NCBI GenBank assembly: GCA_016748015.1
Contig: JAAOMT010000678.1
Location: 290,389 to 354,388 of the forward strand
Direction: 5' to 3'
Source of the DNA: Geosiphon pyriformis uo1
Lineage: Eukaryota > Fungi > Glomeromycota
DNA: 64,000 bases
Positions within the stretch are counted from its first letter, which is position 1, and each line of letters starts with the position of its first letter. The translations under genes were made by a program, and so were the position numbers. The notes below the pieces were generated by a model. The model was not told where the DNA came from. It was given only the letters and a program-made list of their open reading frames with translations, and did not search any database. Shown piece after piece: positions 56,418 to 64,000 of the stretch.

Positions 56418-56719
56418 TATTATTGGAGATTTTTGGTCTCTTTTCTTGAATATTATTAATGTTAATTTGCTGTAAATTCATGTTCTCAAGAAGTAGTTGA
56501 ACTTCCAGTAACTGAATTTATCTTCAAATTATCTTTTATAATTTGAATTATTGGGCTTATAAGTAGAATGGCCAATTTTGTGCCAGTTATTTTGTATAGT
56601 TACATTGTAGTAAATGTTAACTTTTTTCCAGAAATTGCTCATTTAGAAGCTTATTAAAAATGTGTAGTTACTTTGTTGTGAAAGTCAACTTTTCTACAGG
56701 AATCTCATCTATAGACTAC
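56418..56719 (-). repeat. 3' ~300 bp of a family-2 LTR, inserted in the LINE and interrupted by copy C
   Basis: Reverse complement of ~45650-45950. Confidence 0.88.
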
Positions 56720-57532
56720 TGTTACAGGTGATTATTTGGGATCTCAAAGCAAATAACAAACCCATAATTTGGTGCTCAATTGATATAATTATTTTGGTTT
56801 CTGAAGGTTTTTATAATTTAAAGATTTTGGTTGAGTCCTTTATATAATGGACAAAGATTCAATAGCCTCTTGGAATTGCAATTCTGTCAAATTTCTTTCT
56901 TAGTGTGATGGCTGGTAATTCTCCTAGTAAGCAATCCTCAAATTTATGAGTGTTTTATCTTTGTTTCACAGGTTTTTTACCAGTTTCTATAATGTCTGTA
57001 TTTCAATACTTAATTCTTTAATTAATTAGTAAATAACAACAACAGAAAAAAAATAAAAATAAAAGAAATAAAAAATAAAAAATAAGCCAAGACAATAATA
57101 ATTAGTATCTTACCAATAGTCATAATCAAAATCTATTGTTTCAGTGTGGTTTTTAAGTATTCGAGATTATCAACATGAAATGTTAATAGTGGAAAGTGGA
57201 TTAAAATATCAAATAATTATTTATTAATATTTGTGAATTAGAAGGTCACTTAGATTAAATCTAAACTGAGAGGTCTGTCTTTTTTACTTCTAATGCTACT
57301 GCTATATATATATAATTGAAATTCCTTAATTTCTTAATTTTTTATACTAGGAATTCTGGAATTCCTGAAATTCTGCAATTTCTTTTAAGAGGAATTCTGG
57401 AATTCTGGAATTCTGAAATTCTTGGAATTCTGCAATTCTTCTGAAAAAAATCCTGGAATTCCACATTTACTACGGTTACTTCTGATTGGCTAATTTATAT
57501 ACTAATATACTTCCTATATTTTATGAGTAACA
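56720..57532 (-). repeat. 3' LTR of copy C
   Basis: TGTTAC at 56720 and GTAACA at 57527-57532; U5/R homologous to copies A and B, U3 carries GGAATTCT repeats. Confidence 0.88.
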
Positions 57533-60500
57533 TTATTCTCTCTTTTTAATATTAAGCTCTGTTGAGATCTTCTATTCTAATTCTCCATTTTTGAGTATTT
57601 TTTGAACTTCTTTTTTGAGAATTACTTGTACTATCTTGTCTTGTAATTCTTCAAATTGAGCATTGGTTATTTTTTCCATTTGGTTAATGGTAATGGAGTT
57701 CATAACTGAATTGAGTAAGATTTCTGGTCGATCTTGAAATCTGATGTGTAGCCAATAAATAGCTCTTGCTTGTGTGATCAAATTGTTCTTCCTCACAAAT
57801 TGTTTCAGTTGTTATAGTATTGTTGTATCAAATAATTGTTTCATTTTATCTATGTATAAGCCCTAAATGTTCAAATATTGTCCCAAATAAAAGTAACAAA
57901 AGTTTCTTGGAAATTGTTGTATCTACCAATTCCAAGTTTCTATAGTCAACTCTTAATATTGGATGACTTTTGGTTGTTTTTCTATTGCCAATTTTACTTT
58001 TGTAATTATTTTGTTAACAGTGTTTTCTGTTTTTCTCCATATTTTATCTTGTGGTCTTTTTTTGGTGTTTGTGTATCTGATAGTTTGTTGGTTGATTGTA
58101 ATTTCTACTTCTTGTTGTTGGATCAGTTGAAAGAGTTGTTGTGTTAGTGAGTAAATACTGTTAGTAATCTCCATTTTCTGCTGTCTTTTGTCATGTATAC
58201 TGTGTTTTTATATACTCTTTGGTTGTTTAATTTTATATGTTTGGTTCAATGATTATAATTGGTTCTAGATCTTATGGAATTTCATCTGGTTTAATTAATA
58301 TTTTCTGTACTCTTAATTGTAGAATATTACTGGTAGATAATGGTGCTATATGGTGATATTGTTTCAGTCGATTATCATGTGCTGCTTTGGTTAAGATTTT
58401 GTTGTTTAACCTTAATTTATAAGCTCTATTTTTAAGAATTTCTTCTATGTGAAATAGTCCATCCCATTTGGGGTCAAATTTTCTACTTTATTGTTTTTCT
58501 GCTTTAGTATGATGTACTTTGTTTCCAATTTTGAATTCAACTGGTTTCTCTGGTAGTTGGTTATTATGTCTTTTTTTTTGTTTTTTTTGTGACTTCTGAA
58601 TGTTATCAGCTGCTTTTTACCATGTGTTTTCTAATGTCTCTATTAAGTTATATGTTCTTCTTAACAATGTTCTTTGAAAATTTTCTTCTGTTATTGGTTT
58701 TGTTTAATATGTCTTGACTTCTATCTCAACTGGTAATGTTGTTGTTCTATTATATACTAATTCAAATAGTGTTGCTTGTGTAGTGTTTTGCTTCATTGTC
58801 TGATAAGCAAATAATACTGATGGTATAATCAAGTCTCATTCATTCTGGTTTTTTTGGCTAATTTTGGCAATGGCTTTACACAATGTTCTGTTAAATCTTT
58901 CAACTAGCCCATTTGTTTGTAGATGGTATAGTGATAATAATGGTCTTTTTATTCCAAATTTTTGACTTAATTCTGCCAATGTTCTATTCACAAAGTAAGT
59001 TTCTTAATTTGATAGTAGTTTTTTTGGACATCTATGTCAACAGATCAAATCTTGATAAACAAATTCGGCAACAGATTCTGTATCTGCTTTTTGAATGGCT
59101 TTTGCTTCTGGCCATTTTGTGAGATAATCCATGGTTACTGCAATATATTTGTTGCCTCTGCTGGTAATTGTTAATGGTCTGACTAAGTCAATTCTGATAC
59201 AATTGAATAGTTGTCTTACTTTGATTGGTCTTAATGGCTTATTGGGTTTTGTTCCATCTTTTTTTTGACAAACATCACAATTTTGAACATATTGAATAAT
59301 GTCTGAATACATTGATGGCCAATAGTATCTTTTTCTAGTTTTTTCTATGGTTGCTTCTTTGTGAAAATGTCTTGTTGTTGGGTCTGAGTGCATGTTAAAT
59401 AATATTGTCTCTTTCTCTGGTTCTGTAATTACTCTGGTTGGTTGACCTGGATTCTTTCTGTTTTTCTAGTAAAGTATATTCTGGTGATTGATAAAATATT
59501 TTGATTGTTGTTTTGTTCTTTTTGAGATAATTTCTCCTTGAACAATTGAGTATTTATATAATATTGAAGTTGTTAGTATTTTTGTATATTCATGTTTTGT
59601 TATATTTTTGGGTTGAAATGTTTTTAAATTTGTTTTATTTGTGACAATCCATTGGCATTTCCATTGTTTTTTCCCTTTTTATAATGTACCATATAATTGA
59701 ATGATGAAAGTTCTATTTTTTATCTGGTATGGCAATTATCTCCGAATTTTTGTTTCTGGATTGAAGTCAATTTTTTGTAATCAGTGTACACATCAAACTT
59801 TTGACTTAAGTATTCTTTCTATTTGATAACAGCCTAATAGATAGTTAAGTGTTCCAATGCTGAAGTTCTATAGTTTTTTTCAGCTGGACTTAAGCTTCTA
59901 CTAACATAAGCTACTAGATGTTCTTATCTGTCCAGTTCTTTCTGAGATAATACTGCTTTCAATGCTTGACCAAATGCATCAGTTGTGATTATGAATGGCT
60001 TGCTATGATCCAGATAGATTAGTACTGGAGCTTAAATAAGCTTTCTTCTTAATGTATCAAAAGCTTCTTGCTGAATTTCTGTCCATTCATATTTAGTGTT
60101 TTTTGTTTGGAGTTGGTGTAATGGTTGAGCTATTTTGGAAAAGTTCTTGATAAAGTGGCAGTAGTATCCAGCAAATCCCAAGAATGCTCTCAATTCTGTG
60201 AAATTATTTGGTACTGGAAAGTTTTTGACAATCTCAATCTTGTTTGGATCTGTTTGATTCCATCTTTGCTTACCATATGTCCCAAAAACTTTAACTTTGT
60301 TTTGCTAAAAAAACACTTGGTCACATTTAATTTCAATTTTACTCTTTTCAACCTTTCAAACACTTGTTGGAGATAATATAGATGGTCATCAAATGTCTTA
60401 AAGAACACATTGGTGTTATCTAAGTAAACAACTACTGATTTCCACAGTAATCCAGTATAGACAATTTCCATAAGCTGTTGGAATGTTGCTGGAGCATTCA

Positions 60501-63500
60501 TTAAGCTGAATGGCATCACTTCAAATTTGAAATTTTTTTTTTATATTGTGAAAGCTGTTTTTTTTTGTCTTTTGGTTTTATGGCTACTTGCCAATAACCA
60601 CTGTCTAAGTTTAATGTTAAAAACCATTTCTTTTCTCCAAAAGCATCAAACAATTTTTGGATCTTTGGAGTTGGATAGCTATCTCCTTTGGTTACTCCAT
60701 TCAGTTTCTGATAATTCACACAAAAACAGATCTTTCTATTCTTCTTCTGAACTAGTACTACTGGTAATGACTATAGACTTATTGATAACTGAATTAGTCT
60801 GTTGTTAAGCATCTAATTGATTTCTTGATGAATGATCTCATGGCTAGCTGGTAGTATTCTGTATGCTCTCTGCTTAATTGACATAACATTTTTAGTCTTG
60901 GATGATGTTAGTTCTGCCAAATTTGTTTTTGCTGGCAAAGATGTTATTGAAATTGTTGAGTAACATTTTGAGCTGCATATGTTGTAATGGATTTAAGTTT
61001 CCTATGTTTATTTGTTTCAGTTGTTCTGGTTGGAGCAAATAATATTCATTTTGTCCATATATTGTTTGTAATATAATATCCACATATTCGCAAAGTTATG
61101 GAAAGTCTGGAATGATGTTTGGCAATTGGTTTTCAATTTTGGTGGTTAAGTATTCAATAGTTGTTCTTTTTGGTATTCTAATAATATCTCCTGTGTTGTT
61201 GTAGATGGGAATTTTTATGTGACTGTGGTTCTTGGTTGGTATGTGTAAATTGACTAATCTAATCTCTCCTGATTCACAAAATGTTGCTTCTGTCTCAAAA
61301 ATTTGAACTTGATCTTTTATTTTTTTTTCTATAACTATTATGTACTGGTCATATGGTAGAATAGAAATTGGTTGATGGGTGGAGATAATTTCTTGTCAAT
61401 AATTTTTTTTTCTGCTATATTGACTGGTACATCTATTCTACCCATTGATCCGAATTCTTGTATCCTTCTTGCTGTTATTTCTAATTTTTTTCTGTTTCCT
61501 ACTGATACAAACTGAGTTATTTTCACTAGAAGTAATAATATTGCCTGTGTTATCTTTTTGTTTAGATCTATGATATATGCCTTTTCTGAATTATTTTGTA
61601 GCATAGCAATAATATTTCCTATGTATTCTGTGTTAATTATTCCTCTCTTGATGTTGATTCTCTTTTTGGCCAAGCTACTCCTAGATGCTAACTGAACCAT
61701 TGTTGTTGCTAGAATTTCCAGTACTATTTTAAGATCAATGCAGGTGTGCAAATGGGGTTCCAATTTGATGAGATTTTTTCTCAGATATCTTAGATTAAAT
61801 CTTGCATCAGTATTATGTACATGTTTTGGCATAATATCTTCATTATTATTACTGAATCATTTTAGTTCTTGCTCCTTGGTGAGATTGAAGAGCATAATAT
61901 ATTGTTTGTGGTTTAAATTGAAGTTTGAATCTGAGTCTAGATCATTGCCATTTTTATTGCCATATGAAATGGAGCTGGAATCATTGTTTTTGTTATCATT
62001 GTTGTTGGAGTTTAAATTGGGATTAAAATTTGATTCCAATTCTGATGCACAGCTGCTAATTGGTTCTTCTTCCTCTGAGATTGTGTAGATTATGTGGATT
62101 GGTGGATTGTAAATAAGGTCACACTTATTACAGTATTGAAAGTTACAGAAAATTAAGCAATATTGACATAATCAAGTATTTAACTGCTCTAAACACTGCT
62201 CTTATTTTTTCTTAGTGGGTGCTAATCATTGGTAATGTTTGTGGAATTTTTCCAGATTGTCTTTAATGTTACTAAAGATGTCGAAGATGAAGACATATTC
62301 AGGTTTGGGCAGTAAGAGTGAGTTATTTTTAATTTCTAATAACTTACTGGTAGTGGTGCTTTCTGCTTTCGCACTTGCCATTCTCTAGATTTCATGTTTG
62401 TCATGAGGATATCCTTCCAACTGTCACAACACTTTTTTTCAGATGTTGTCAATTGAAGTTCTTTTGCATACTCAGTTTTTTATCAGGATGGTATACTGGC
62501 ATGTCTTGTCACATGTTTCTCCTTGTCCAGAAATGTCATTTCACATTTCTTCATTGGAGAAAATAGTTCCACATGCGAAACAAAGTTTGTTATCCTATTT
62601 TCCTTATCTTTTTGGGCATCTAAACTGTTCTATGATATATAGGCGACAATAAAACTTTGTTGTTGTGGAGTATTCCTCGTCATCGCCACAGCATGTGCCC
62701 ATTGATGACAATTTCTTGCTGCAATCTATGCATACTAATTTTGGTTAGCAATAGTTAAATGGCAGTGGTAAAAAGTAAGCATATAGACTATAAGTGGTGG
62801 TTGGTATTGAACCTTCTTCCTCTTTTTTCCCTTTTCCCTTATTGTTATCTTCTTTCTACTCCCAAGTTGTTAGTTTGTTCTAATCATTGTCAGTTACTCA
62901 GGCTTGGTCAGCATTCCAGGTAGGTTCTTCCTTTCATTTTTTTTTTTTTTGTCATCCCAAGAGAGTATTAATAGTAGCTCATTGTAATCTTTGTCAGCCC
63001 AGAACACTTGATAGGCTTTCTAAATAGGTTTCTCCTTTTTTTCCTCAAATTCAATCAATAGTGCTGGCAGAGTGGTAGTCTTGAAGTGGCCACATATGGC
63101 TGGTACATGTGTGTATTGATTGTTTTGACTAAGCTGAAGCTTTTGGGTGTTCTAATTAAGCATTGCATTGGTTTTGAACAGCCAGTTGTTGCCAATGAGT
63201 GCTTGGTACTGAGTGGCTTCCATGACTAATACCTTGATCAGTACAATAATACCATTGACTTCAATGGGTAGGGCATTTATTTCACCAATTGAAGTCTTAG
63301 TGGTTCTATCAGCAGTAATTATCCTTGCACTAGCAGCTTGATCAACTCAGCAATCTAATTAGTCTATGAGCTGTCTTGTGATGATGCTGCCAATTGATCC
63401 ACTATTTAGGATCAGTTTGATAGCATGGCCATCTACTTTAGTGTCAGTGTACATGGCAGTGATTGGTTTTTTCTCAAATACAGCTCTATTGAACAAAGAA

Positions 63501-63895
63501 GTTGCTGACAATTCTTTAATTTTGAAGGGAAATATAGCTGCAAGTGACTTGTCTTCTGTGATGGTGGCTGGTAATATGTTGCTGATAAGTAATTTCTGGT
63601 TTGTCTCTAAGTTGTTGGATGAGGCATCTTCTGGGGTAACCAGAAGACTTAAATAGTTCTGAGAACTCGGGTTTTGGGTATAACCAGTTCTTGAACTCTG
63701 CTGGCATGATTTTGATGGCTGGTTGGCTGAACTGAAAATTGGTTGGTAAACAACTATTGCCAATCTCCAGTTTTGGGTGACTCTTGACCTGAGATTTCCT
63801 GATGTCATCTGAATTAAGTTTAATAACAGAATTGGAATTGGTGATTGTTGATATATTACTTGTGACTATGGTTGATAAATAACTGGTACTGCCAG
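56720..63895 (-). mobile_element. Ty3/Gypsy family 1 copy C (decayed), minus strand
   Basis: 3' LTR 56720-57532, PPT ~57537-57546, ORF3 ~57550-58174, integrase ~58228-59593 (HSDPTTRHF, CDVCQ, DYLTKWPE), RT 60190-60719, dUTPase 61338-61832, protease ILNSGSIGS ~63400. Confidence 0.93.
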
Positions 63896-64000
63896 TGTTA
63901 CAGTTTAAGAATTTAGCAAAAAGAATCATAAAAATAATACAAACTATTCAATCATAATATAGTACAGTAATAATCTTAGAAAGGTAATGATTAACATAGT
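63896..64000. mobile_element. Possible terminus of a further LTR element inserted in the gag of copy C
   Basis: TGTTACAG where the T/G-rich gag sequence switches to A-rich unrelated sequence; only 105 bp visible. Confidence 0.4.

Overview
Eukaryotic fungal genomic DNA; the intron-rich genes, very low GC and repeat families suggest Glomeromycotina/Mucoromycota (inference, not verified). A CpG-containing island of six intron-rich housekeeping genes (~13.6-32.9 kb: KEX1 carboxypeptidase, SWA2/auxilin, KDM5/JARID1-type JmjC demethylase, TAF13, COX13, MET3) is flanked by CpG-depleted blocks of nested, decayed retroelements. These are two related Ty3/Gypsy families (copies A, B, C of family 1; one full-length family-2 element D with both LTRs, PBS, PPT and a 4-bp TSD), RNase H-bearing APE-type LINEs and an ORF1-only LINE derivative. 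The most unusual signal is the Gypsy architecture: one gag-PR-Cys-rich-dUTPase-RT-RNaseH ORF, then an integrase apparently encoded as a separate cistron behind a conserved TAA-N6-ATG junction, then a conserved third ORF of unknown function in the env position. Also notable: a HAL1-like non-autonomous LINE sharing a structured 3' tail with the autonomous LINEs, and near-exclusive C-to-T/G-to-A decay of the repeats. All alignments, counts and exon boundaries were read by eye.
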